Below are positions 33,080 through 41,946 of a stretch of DNA of 64,000 nucleotides, piece after piece. The position numbers were made by a program, and so were the translations under genes. Origin of the DNA: Candidatus Heimdallarchaeum aukensis (GTDB lineage Archaea > Asgardarchaeota > Heimdallarchaeia > Heimdallarchaeales > Heimdallarchaeaceae); NCBI GenBank assembly GCA_021513695.1, contig CP084166.1:1632001-1696000 (forward strand), given 5' to 3'. The stretch's first letter is position 1; every line of letters starts with the position of its first letter. The notes beneath the pieces are model-generated. The model saw nothing but the letters and a program-made list of their open reading frames with translations. It was not told where the DNA came from and did not search any database.

Positions 33080-34432
33080 TTAATTAGATTCAACCTTAAC
33101 TGGAATACCCATTTTAACAATTTTTCTAAAGAAAGTTTTTTCCAGTTCTTTACAGTCACTGACATTTCCAAAGTTGATATACATTTTATCTTTAAAACTA
33201 ACAACACCACAGCTTACTTTTCTTGTAGGGTTAGTTCCAGGAAGAAATTGAAAATCCTCAATATGCTCTTCTATTTCTGAGGGAAGTTTTACAAGTCCTA
33301 AGTTTGACAGAGAACCAGAGTATCTTTTTTCACCATAACTCATGTAAATAAGTCGACCAAATAACTTTTTAACAAATAAGGGCATTATCCGCAGAATAGG
33401 ATTAAGTTCAGCTCTTACATTTTGCCTAATACTCTGGCTGATGTACTTATCATTGAGTTCGGTTCGCATGAAGTGGTATACTTCTTTCACTATTTCATTG
33501 AAAGTAAATTTACCAAGGCGAGGATCAATCCCAGGAGTAACAAATAAGGAAAAATTTCTCATGGTTTTACTAGGATAAATACGACGAAGATTTATGGGAA
33601 TTGAGACTCTTATAGGCTTTAATTTTCTCTTTGACTTATTTTTTAAAAGATTGAACTGAATTTCTTGTAAAGAGTCCAAATATATAGCTACGAGAAACTC
33701 AGTTACAGTCACATTATATTCTTTAGCTTTTTTTATGAATTCTTTTACAGGTATTATTCCTGTAGTAACATGATAAACACCTTCTTTTTCAAGTTTATAG
33801 GGGAGTCTGAATGCTTTTGGAGGAAGTTTGATCGAAGGTAAATCTTTATCATAGAATTTTTTGTAAGAATCTTCATATTCCTCAAAATTTGGTTCGTCGC
33901 TAATATCAAAAGCACCTTCAATTTTTGAGACTTCAACACCACGTAATTTCAAATATTCCACAACAAGAGTTTTTAGAAATATAATTCCACCTGTACCATC
34001 AGTTATTGAGTGGTGAAATTCAACTGCGATACGATTTTTGAAAGCTCTTACTCTTAAAGGAAAAGTACCTCTTTTTCTTACACGTAGTTCTTTACAAGGA
34101 TATTTTGAATCTGCTTCTACACGGGGAAAAGTTTTTAGCTTTCGGAGGTAATACCAAAAAAGACCAGGACGTAGATTTACTCTAAAATAAGGAAAGCGAA
34201 CTATGGTTCTATTGAGTGCAGTTTGAAGAAGGTTAACATTAATAGGTTCTTTTAAAGTTGCAGATAGTCGAAAAAGAGCAGGTATCCTTGATGAAGAGAC
34301 CAGTGAAAAGATTATCGCTGCATTATCTAAGCGAAACCATTCACGGAAACTTTCTTTATTTTCATTCATTTCTATCACAAATGCACTCTTAGACCTAATT
34401 GTTTTATCTTCATAAAGATATATCCAACGCAC
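33080..34432 (-). CDS. HHxxxDG-motif acyltransferase, WS/DGAT-like or condensation-domain-like (paralogue A)
   Basis: 450 aa; catalytic-type motif FHHSITDGTGG about 130 aa from the N-terminus (position matches WS/DGAT enzymes); clearly paralogous to the adjacent 444-aa ORF; probable true start at MNENK. Confidence 0.55.
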   Translation of the reverse strand: MRWIYLYEDKTIRSKSAFVIEMNENKESFREWFRLDNAAIIFSLVSSSRIPALFRLSATLKEPINVNLLQTALNRTIVRFPYFRVNLRPGLFWYYLRKLKTFPRVEADSKYPCKELRVRKRGTFPLRVRAFKNRIAVEFHHSITDGTGGIIFLKTLVVEYLKLRGVEVSKIEGAFDISDEPNFEEYEDSYKKFYDKDLPSIKLPPKAFRLPYKLEKEGVYHVTTGIIPVKEFIKKAKEYNVTVTEFLVAIYLDSLQEIQFNLLKNKSKRKLKPIRVSIPINLRRIYPSKTMRNFSLFVTPGIDPRLGKFTFNEIVKEVYHFMRTELNDKYISQSIRQNVRAELNPILRIMPLFVKKLFGRLIYMSYGEKRYSGSLSNLGLVKLPSEIEEHIEDFQFLPGTNPTRKVSCGVVSFKDKMYINFGNVSDCKELEKTFFRKIVKMGIPVKVESN

Positions 34433-34491
34433 TATTTATACTTTCATTTAGCAAAATAATAAAGAAGTAAATTTAATTATAACCAATTTTT

Positions 34492-35826
34492 TTAATTGGT
34501 TTCAATCTTTACTCTCAATCCTAGTTTTCTTAATCTTGTGAAAAACAACCTCTCAACTTCTGATTCTTTCACCACTCTCCCAAAGTTAATATATAAATTA
34601 TCTTTAAAACTTACAATTGCACAACCTGTTTTTAATACTGGACTAGGGGCGGGAAGGAATTGAAAGTCTTCAATGTAGTTTTCTAATGGAACAGGCATTG
34701 AGACTTTACCTAAATTAGTTAAGACGCCAGAATAAAGAAACTCTCCAAGATGGTTATAAATTAATTTTCCAAACATTTTTTTGATGAATAATGGTGTTGT
34801 TTGCATAAGGGGATGAAGTTCTCCTCGTACATTTCTAGCGATTTGTTGATTAATATACTTATCATTTACTTCTATTCTCATATAATGATATACTTCTTTT
34901 ACTATTTCATCAAAAGTAAATTTACCAAGACGAGGATCAATCCCAGGAGTAACATAGAGAGAAAAGTTTCTCATGGTTTTACTGGGATAAATGCGACGAA
35001 GATTCACAGGAATCATTAACCGTATTGGTTTCAGTAATCTCTTTTTTTGCTTTTCAGGTAAAGAAAATAGAATTTCTTGTAAAACATCAATATAAACAGC
35101 TGAAATGAATTCGGTTAAAGATACAGAATGGCTTTTCGTGATCTTCAGTAAATCCCGTATCGGAACTATTCCAGTAGTAATATGATAAATACCCTTTTTT
35201 TCAAGCTTATAAGGAAGATGGAAAGCCCGCATAATCTTTTCAGGTTCAGGAACGGTTTTCTCATAATACCGCTTAAAAGCATCTTCAAATTCTTCAGGGT
35301 CGGGTTTCTGATCAGGACGAAAAACATCTTTCCAATCTTCTACATTAACCCCTAAAAGATTAAAATATTCACCCACTAGAGCTCGGAGAAAAGTTAAAGC
35401 TCCTGTACCATCAGTTAAAGAATGATGGAACTCCACTGCAATGCGATTCTGATAAGCACGAACACGAAAAGGAAGAAAACCACGCCTTCTTATTGGCATT
35501 TTTTGACAAGGATTACGTTCATCTAAGATAACTTTAGGCTTTCCTCTAATTTCACGCCAATGATACCAAGAAAAACCAGGACGTAAATTAACGGAATAAT
35601 ATGGAAAACGAGGGAGAATATTCTCAAAAGCTTGTTGCAAAATATTAACTTTCACTGGTTCTTTAAGAGTAGAGGATAGTCTGAATAAACAAGGGATCCT
35701 CCGACTAGAAACCAAACTAAATAGAGTAGCGGCATTATCCAAAAGATAACGATTGTTTTTACAAACGAGTTCTCTACTCACTATAAGTTCATTCATATTT
35801 TCTTTATCAGGGTGTGATTGTTTCAA
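34492..35826 (-). CDS. HHxxxDG-motif acyltransferase, WS/DGAT-like or condensation-domain-like (paralogue B)
   Basis: 444 aa; FHHSLTDGTGA at residues 133-143; many blocks shared with paralogue A (RIYPSKTMRNFSL, TPGIDPRLGKFTF-EIVKEVYH-MR, EDFQFLP). Confidence 0.55.
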   Translation of the reverse strand: MKQSHPDKENMNELIVSRELVCKNNRYLLDNAATLFSLVSSRRIPCLFRLSSTLKEPVKVNILQQAFENILPRFPYYSVNLRPGFSWYHWREIRGKPKVILDERNPCQKMPIRRRGFLPFRVRAYQNRIAVEFHHSLTDGTGALTFLRALVGEYFNLLGVNVEDWKDVFRPDQKPDPEEFEDAFKRYYEKTVPEPEKIMRAFHLPYKLEKKGIYHITTGIVPIRDLLKITKSHSVSLTEFISAVYIDVLQEILFSLPEKQKKRLLKPIRLMIPVNLRRIYPSKTMRNFSLYVTPGIDPRLGKFTFDEIVKEVYHYMRIEVNDKYINQQIARNVRGELHPLMQTTPLFIKKMFGKLIYNHLGEFLYSGVLTNLGKVSMPVPLENYIEDFQFLPAPSPVLKTGCAIVSFKDNLYINFGRVVKESEVERLFFTRLRKLGLRVKIETN

Positions 35827-35902
35827 ATTCTCACCAACATACTCATTAGAAATTAACTACTTATTTGTTTACTAAACATTATTTAGGTAGATATTTAATG
35901 CT

Positions 35903-36724
35903 TCATTTTGCTGAAGAAGATGAATGAATAAAAAACTTTGCAATTCGTGTAGCAATATAAGCAACAACAGATAGTCCAAAAAGTAAGTATAACCCACTAT
36001 CAACTAATAAAGCAGCTGTCGCCCAATAAATGAAAGAAACAAACTTTTTAGTGAGAGTAAGATCACGAAGCAAATAGGGAATACGTAAAATAAGAGTAGC
36101 AGCAATAACATAAAGCATGGGAGCAAAACCTATGGAGATAAGTTTAGCTCGCAAAGTGGGGCCACGTCGGAAAGTAGTAAACTCTGGATGAAAATCAGGG
36201 CTCTTCCTTTTCTCGTACTTGGAGAGTAAAATAGGTATTGGGACAGTAACTTTGGAGAGAGAATCTTTTCTAACATGTATAAAGTGAAATCCACGTTCTT
36301 CAAAAAGTGCAATTAATTTGTAAGCAGCTTCAAAATCAACCTTTAAATCATAAGCAACAAGTTTTTTTGTACGAATACGAATTAAATAAGCTTTGTCATA
36401 AGATAACAAATAGATACCAAATAGTTCAGAGAAAAGCCACTCCTTATTATTTTTAGGCTCTCGAATGATAAATTTATCAACATTAAAATCAATGATTATT
36501 TCTCCACGGATAATTAAATAAACTAAAGTAAGCAAAAGAGCGTTTAACAAACCAAAATAAAACCAAAGACTTAAACCAAATAAATGTCCAATATGAATAT
36601 CATTTCGATAAGGGATATAATAAGCTAAAGAAGTAACTACAATAAGCAAAAATAGGGTAGAGTACCTAACACGCATCCGTTGCTCAAAATATCCATTATC
36701 AAAGGAGTAATCCATAGTTGTCAA
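35903..36724 (-). CDS. polytopic membrane protein, unknown function
   Basis: 273 aa; hydrophobic helices at both ends with a ~100-aa soluble middle; co-directional with the acyltransferase pair. Confidence 0.4.
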   Translation of the reverse strand: MTTMDYSFDNGYFEQRMRVRYSTLFLLIVVTSLAYYIPYRNDIHIGHLFGLSLWFYFGLLNALLLTLVYLIIRGEIIIDFNVDKFIIREPKNNKEWLFSELFGIYLLSYDKAYLIRIRTKKLVAYDLKVDFEAAYKLIALFEERGFHFIHVRKDSLSKVTVPIPILLSKYEKRKSPDFHPEFTTFRRGPTLRAKLISIGFAPMLYVIAATLILRIPYLLRDLTLTKKFVSFIYWATAALLVDSGLYLLFGLSVVAYIATRIAKFFIHSSSSAK

Positions 36725-36840
36725 GATGTAATAAACAAGGAAACATTATAAAACTTTTTCATTATAATAATATTCTCCAAGGATAAAATAGTTAAAAATA
36801 AAGAAAAAGAAAAAAATAAAGAAGTAGAGAGAGAGAAGAA

Positions 36841-37395
36841 CTAAAAACTAAAGTCATCAAATTCTTGTTCCTGAATATATTGGGATAAGGATAACTCCAA
36901 AAAAGGAGAAAGAGCAACATAAGACCATTGACCAATTACTTCAACAAAAATAATCAAATCAGGATTTTCTAAATCAACCTTTCCAGAAGAAATCTTAGTA
37001 GCAATAGAGGAGATAATAGACTTTCTATCTAACTGAGTGTGCCGACGACGTAAAAGGATTTTCCATTTCTGCTCCGGCCCAATTTCACAAGAGAAGAGAG
37101 AACCAATTTGTGCAAAATTGTCTAAAGAAGAAGAAATTTCATACTGAAAAGGAACCAACTTTAGAGTGTATCTGAAAATAGAAGGATCAGACTCAACTAT
37201 ATCAGACAAAAGCTGTAAAGTATAAACAGAATCAGGATCAAAAAAAGCTAAAGATAAACCAGAAATTTTCTTAATGGGATAAACAGTAACATTATCATAA
37301 TCTAATAATTCAGTAAGAGCGTAATAGACCTCACTAGATGCACTTCGCTCAAAATTTCTAGCACTAGAAATAACAAAACCATTCTTTTTGTTCAT
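36841..37395 (-). CDS. hypothetical protein (possible THUMP-like RNA-binding domain)
   Basis: 184 aa; ORF only; weak resemblance to THUMP-domain spacing; not reliable. Confidence 0.3.
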   Translation of the reverse strand: MNKKNGFVISSARNFERSASSEVYYALTELLDYDNVTVYPIKKISGLSLAFFDPDSVYTLQLLSDIVESDPSIFRYTLKLVPFQYEISSSLDNFAQIGSLFSCEIGPEQKWKILLRRRHTQLDRKSIISSIATKISSGKVDLENPDLIIFVEVIGQWSYVALSPFLELSLSQYIQEQEFDDFSF

Positions 37396-37565
37396 AAGAA
37401 AGATGAAAAATAAAGATTTTAAAAGATTGCTTAAAGAGAAGAGAGAAAAAAAAGAAAAAAAAGAGAAAAAAGAGAATAAAGAGACGAACTATGCAAACAA
37501 TAAGAACAGAAAAGAAAAGTTAATAAAAGGTGTAAAAGAGTAGAAACAAGAAACATAAAAAAACA
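37396..37565. repeat. purine-rich (A/G) low-complexity tract on the + strand
   Basis: about 170 bp, almost entirely A/G (aagagagaaaaaaaagaaaaaaaagagaaaaaagag...); mirrored by a T/C-rich tract after the tRNA (37693-37830). Confidence 0.5.
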
Positions 37566-37570
37566 AAAAA

Positions 37571-37692
37571 AAGCGCGGTGGGATAGATGGTCAAGTCCGC
37601 TGGGCTCATATTTTAGCCCGCTTTAGAGCCTATAGCCGGGTTCTATAAGGAGAAACCCAGAGATCGGTGGTTCAAATCCACCCCGCGCTACC
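37571..37692 (+). tRNA. tRNA-Met (anticodon CAU), initiator-type, with a ~44-nt intron in the anticodon loop (37610-37653); CCA encoded
   Basis: hand fold: acceptor AGCGCGG/CCGCGCU with A1:U72; D-arm GGAU/GUCC; anticodon stem CUGGG/CCCAG with GGG:CCC; loop CUCAUAA interrupted after A37; T-arm GGUGG-UUCAAAU-CCACC; discriminator A; exons closely resemble known archaeal initiator tRNAs. Confidence 0.8.
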
Positions 37693-37730
37693 AGTCTTTT
37701 ATTTTTACAATTTTGTTATTTTTGTTTTCT
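37693..37730 (+). terminator. oligo-T tract immediately after the tRNA 3' end (archaeal-type terminator)
   Basis: cagtcttttatttttacaattttgttatttttgtttt read directly. Confidence 0.3.
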
Positions 37731-37827
37731 ATTTCTCTTAATTTTCATTTACTCTTTTACTAATTTCCATTTTTCTATTTCTTTTATTGTTTCAAATTTT
37801 ATTCTCCTTTTGTAAGCATTTAAATAT

Positions 37828-38790
37828 TTGATTTTCATTTTTTATCTAATGTCTGATGATTACATCGTTCAAGTTAAGCATTTATCCCGTCGTTTTGGTT
37901 CTCGTATGGTTGTTTATAATCTTTCCATGAATATTCCCAAAGGTTACATTTATGGTTTATTAGGTCCCAATGGTGCTGGTAAAAGTACTACTATTAAGAC
38001 TTTAACTGGCCGCATTCGCCCTACTTCTGGTAATGTTCGTGTTTTTGGTTTAGACCCTTGGACACATCGTAAGCTAATTAATTTTCGTCTTGGTTATTTA
38101 CCTGAGAACCCTTCTTTTTATCAAGATATGAAAGTTTTATCCTTTACTCGTCTTATGGCTCGTCTTTACAACTTTTCTCGTTCTGAAGCTCTTTCTCGTG
38201 CGCGTATTGTTTTAGATTTACTGGGATTGGGGCGTTTTGAAGATTACCGAGTTGGTAATTTATCTCAAGGTCAAAAACAACGTCTAGGCTTTGCTTGTGC
38301 CATCCTTAACGAACCTGAATTCCTTATTTTGGATGAGCCTACAGCTAATCTTGACCCTGAAGGTCGTGTTTATGTTATGGAATTAATTTCTCGTTTACGA
38401 GATGAAGGTAAAACTATTCTCATCAGCAGTCACATTTTACCTGAGATTGAGCGTATGTGTGACCATATTGGTATTATTTCTAATGGTCATCTTTTGACTT
38501 CTCAAAAGACTACTCAATTGATCAAAGATGTTTATGATCTTGAGTACAAGATTGTTGTTTCCGACCCTGAAACTTTGGTTAAGGAGTTTTCTGGCTGGGA
38601 TTTTATAGCTAATTTTACTCTTGAAGATAACCTAATTATTGTTGAAATCAAAAATGATCGCCTTAATGACTTATGGAAGGCCGTTCCCAAATTTTGCTCT
38701 GAAAATAACATTGAACTTCGTACTATGTCCCCTGTTAAAGATCCTTTGGAAAAGGTTTTCTTATCATTAGTTCACACTGGAGGTGCTTAA
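37828..38790 (+). CDS. ABC transporter ATP-binding protein (ABC-2/CcmA-like)
   Basis: 320 aa; Walker A GPNGAGKST, signature LSQGQKQRL, Walker B ILDEPT; likely true start at MSDDY (37849). Confidence 0.8.
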   Translation: MIFIFYLMSDDYIVQVKHLSRRFGSRMVVYNLSMNIPKGYIYGLLGPNGAGKSTTIKTLTGRIRPTSGNVRVFGLDPWTHRKLINFRLGYLPENPSFYQDMKVLSFTRLMARLYNFSRSEALSRARIVLDLLGLGRFEDYRVGNLSQGQKQRLGFACAILNEPEFLILDEPTANLDPEGRVYVMELISRLRDEGKTILISSHILPEIERMCDHIGIISNGHLLTSQKTTQLIKDVYDLEYKIVVSDPETLVKEFSGWDFIANFTLEDNLIIVEIKNDRLNDLWKAVPKFCSENNIELRTMSPVKDPLEKVFLSLVHTGGA

Positions 38791-38792
38791 TT

Positions 38793-39665
38793 TTGAATAA
38801 CAGTTTCGCGACAGTTTTCAACAGATTTGGTAATTTTTATCGCCGTTCTGGTTTATCTTTGAAATCTTTCATTATTTCAAAACATACTTTTAATCAGAAT
38901 CTTAAAAACAAGCGTTTTTACATTATTTTCTTTTACTTTTTACTTCCTGTTTTAGGTAGTATTTTCGACGTTTTAATTTCTGAACCTTCTTATTATTCTG
39001 GAAAAGCTTACGCTGTTTATCAAATTCATCAGTCTCTCAATAATACTTTACAAGTTTGGTGGATGTCCATTTTTGGTCAATTATTTATTATCCTTATTGC
39101 AAGTGACGCTATTTCTAGTGAGTTTGAGAAAGGGACCATCTTGTCTCTTAAATCTCGCCCTATTAGTGACATAGACATTTTTTTGGGTAAGTTTATTGGA
39201 ATTACTCTTCTTTCTTCTATATTGGTTATTCCTGGGGGATTTATTATTTATCTCACTCAAATTTGGACTTATTCTCCAAAGAATTTTTGGTGGGTGTTCT
39301 GGCACTCTCTTGACGAATTAATTGTCAGTCTGTTAGTTGTAATATTGGGTTTTATGTTACTTCTAAGCATCTGTTTTCTCTTCTCTTCAATATTCAACAA
39401 ATCTCTTCAAGCTACTTTAGTTTCTTTACTTGTTATCTTTGCTGTCCAGCTCCTATCCTCTGTCTTTTCTTTTTCTGATAATTTAATAAGTAAATTTAAC
39501 ATCACTCGCTATTTACAACATTTTCTCAACCCTGTTCTATACAATGTCAATACAATAACTACATCAGGATCCATTACAAACGAGCTTATAGGCTTTATTG
39601 CTTTAATAGTCATTTTACAGATTATTGGTTTTTGGATTTTTAGTAAAAAGGAGGTTCATCAATGA
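38793..39665 (+). CDS. ABC-2 family permease
   Basis: 290 aa; 6 predicted TM helices; start 3 nt after the ATPase stop. Confidence 0.6.
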   Translation: MNNSFATVFNRFGNFYRRSGLSLKSFIISKHTFNQNLKNKRFYIIFFYFLLPVLGSIFDVLISEPSYYSGKAYAVYQIHQSLNNTLQVWWMSIFGQLFIILIASDAISSEFEKGTILSLKSRPISDIDIFLGKFIGITLLSSILVIPGGFIIYLTQIWTYSPKNFWWVFWHSLDELIVSLLVVILGFMLLLSICFLFSSIFNKSLQATLVSLLVIFAVQLLSSVFSFSDNLISKFNITRYLQHFLNPVLYNVNTITTSGSITNELIGFIALIVILQIIGFWIFSKKEVHQ

Positions 39666-40726
39666 AATTTAGATCTATTTCTCGAATAATGTGTTTAACT
39701 CTCGTTCTTTTTATTTTTAGTTCATCTATTATCTTTGCTGCAGAAACTACAACAGAGCAAGGAGCTAAAACCAGACTAGAGTTGTTAAAAGAATTTGTTC
39801 AGGATAATTACTTAAACGACAGTTTTTCTAACGAACTCGGACAGAACTCCTCTGTTGAATCCACTTACTATGGTGTTTTATTGTCTGATTATTTGAAAAT
39901 TAGTTATGACGTTTACGACATTATTTTCTACATCCAGAAACATCAGAAAAGCAATTATGGTTTTTCTAACCAAGTGGATCAAGAAACAACCATTAATGCT
40001 ACCTTTTTTGCTGTTCAAACATTAAAACAATTAGGTATTGGTAGCGAAGATCTTAACCATTGGCAGATTTTTCAATATCTTAACGAAACCATTTCTGAGA
40101 TTCTTTATAACCCCTCGACCTATGTTAATTTAACCACACAAGATATTTATTCCATTTATCGTTTCTTTCTAACTAGCTCTATTTTGAATGAAACTGTACT
40201 ATTTCCTTATAATTCCTTACTTGCCGCTCTAAAGCACATACAGTTCACAAATGGTACTTTCCCAAGTTTCTATTACGCTATTGAAGTTGTTTACCTTCTT
40301 TCTCTTTTTGAACAGTCGCCTATCGATGTACAAGGAACAATTCGTTATCTCAAGTCATTTCGTTTTAATGATACTGGATTTGCAAAAGACTCCTCTGACG
40401 TCATTTCTATAAAAGATACTTACTACGCAATCTCTACGATTTCTATGTTAGGTGGAGAAATCGAAAATAAGAATAAGATTGTCGATGCTATTTTAGATCT
40501 GCAAGCTCCTGAGGGAGGTTTTATGGATAAAAAAGGTCATAAGCCTACTCTTGAGAGTTCTTATCTCGCTTACCAGATCCTTGTTTTAGTCAACAATATA
40601 AACAGTTTAAACCAGCTAGCCTTTTTAGAATCTACTGGTTTTCTGAATTTTAACTTTATAATAATAGGGAGCATAACTCTATTTTCGTTGTTTATAATCA
40701 GAAAAAAAAGAAATAAAAAAGTTTAA
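39662..40726 (+). CDS. secreted prenyltransferase/terpene-cyclase-like alpha/alpha-toroid repeat protein with C-terminal TM anchor
   Basis: 354 aa; signal peptide (MKFRSISRIMCLTLVLFIFSSSIIFA); repeated Q-x2-(D/E)GGF-like motifs (LQAPEGGF, KHQKSNYGF, FTNGTFPS); C-terminal hydrophobic helix plus RKKRNKK; 4-nt overlap with the permease stop. Confidence 0.45.
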   Translation: MKFRSISRIMCLTLVLFIFSSSIIFAAETTTEQGAKTRLELLKEFVQDNYLNDSFSNELGQNSSVESTYYGVLLSDYLKISYDVYDIIFYIQKHQKSNYGFSNQVDQETTINATFFAVQTLKQLGIGSEDLNHWQIFQYLNETISEILYNPSTYVNLTTQDIYSIYRFFLTSSILNETVLFPYNSLLAALKHIQFTNGTFPSFYYAIEVVYLLSLFEQSPIDVQGTIRYLKSFRFNDTGFAKDSSDVISIKDTYYAISTISMLGGEIENKNKIVDAILDLQAPEGGFMDKKGHKPTLESSYLAYQILVLVNNINSLNQLAFLESTGFLNFNFIIIGSITLFSLFIIRKKRNKKV

Positions 40727-40746
40727 TTTTTTTTAATTTCTATATT

Positions 40747-41751
40747 TTACTCTTTATAACCCCATTTTTCTATCATGTCTTTCCATTCAGCAGTTATCTT
40801 CTCTTTTTCTTCTGGAGGAATGGAATAATTTGCAGCCTTAAATTCTTTAATTGACTCAAGATATGTGTTAATTATTGGCCTTACTTTGTTAAAGTCTCCC
40901 AAAGATAGTTTCTCATAAATTCTTTCAAGATTCTCTATCGGATTTGCTATTAGATCTTCGTATTTTACTTCCACATACTGCCCCTCTGGGAGATTTTGAA
41001 TGTCCTCATATAATTTTTTATGCATTGTTTTATAAGTTGAGAAAATTAGTTCATCAAGGTCATAGGTTCTTTTTTGAAATTCATAGTATTTAATGTTATA
41101 TCGGTGTAATTTTCTTGTTGAATAGAATACATGATAAGGATTTCTATAAATATGCACAAATTTTGCTTTGGGAAAAATTTCATGCAAGATTTTCACTTTT
41201 GCAGTATCAGATGGATTCTTTAGTACTAGCTGTTTTCCTCCTTTAGTCAGTGTTAATTTCTTTATCATGTACTCAAAACTATTCTTAAACTCTTGAACGA
41301 CCTTTTCTTCTGCATTTTCAAATGTTAATGTTTTCATATATTTGTTTAAATGTCTTGGAAAGGCAATCGCTGCTAGAGGAGAATGGAGACATAAACTCAT
41401 TATTGCGAATTCATGCTCATGTGGCATACGGGGAGACATTCTTACATTATCTGTTGGTCTTTTTTTAGGAGTGAATGGGGCCATTAAATTATGAATTAGT
41501 TTATTACTTCCACATATTAGATGTGGAAAAGCTGTTTCTGCCATTGACATATATTCAAATTGTGGATCTAATGTTAATAATGTATGAAGATGTGTTGTCC
41601 CACTTCTCCAATGTCCAATAACAAAAATAGGTTCTTTATCTACAGTAATTTGTTTTATTTTTTTACCAAAACGAATTTTCTCATACCAGCGGAGAGGTGC
41701 TGTAACTAATACAATAAGCGTGATCCCAATAAATTTTGGAATATATTTCAT
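40747..41751 (-). CDS. sulfotransferase-family protein with N-terminal TM anchor
   Basis: 334 aa; PAPS 5'-phosphosulfate-binding motif HWRSGTTHL right after an N-terminal hydrophobic helix. Confidence 0.5.
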   Translation of the reverse strand: MKYIPKFIGITLIVLVTAPLRWYEKIRFGKKIKQITVDKEPIFVIGHWRSGTTHLHTLLTLDPQFEYMSMAETAFPHLICGSNKLIHNLMAPFTPKKRPTDNVRMSPRMPHEHEFAIMSLCLHSPLAAIAFPRHLNKYMKTLTFENAEEKVVQEFKNSFEYMIKKLTLTKGGKQLVLKNPSDTAKVKILHEIFPKAKFVHIYRNPYHVFYSTRKLHRYNIKYYEFQKRTYDLDELIFSTYKTMHKKLYEDIQNLPEGQYVEVKYEDLIANPIENLERIYEKLSLGDFNKVRPIINTYLESIKEFKAANYSIPPEEKEKITAEWKDMIEKWGYKE

Positions 41752-41946
41752 CTTAATTCTGAACTTTATTTGCCATAAAAGTTTAAACCAAGTAATCGTG
41801 TTACATCCAATAATGATGATAACCTCCTCTATTTAGGAAAAAGACTACACTTTTAAATTTTAATATGTGCTAGCGCAAAGAATTAAACGACACTAAAAAA
41901 TATTTTGTTGATTAAAAAATATTTTTGAAAGAGAAAGATTTATGTT

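Noticed and set aside
37396-37565. Poly-purine tract as a retroelement poly-A tail or integrated element boundary
   Set aside because: There is no adjacent integrase, direct repeats or partial tRNA duplication. It is treated as promoter-region low complexity, with the strand asymmetry noted only as an observation.
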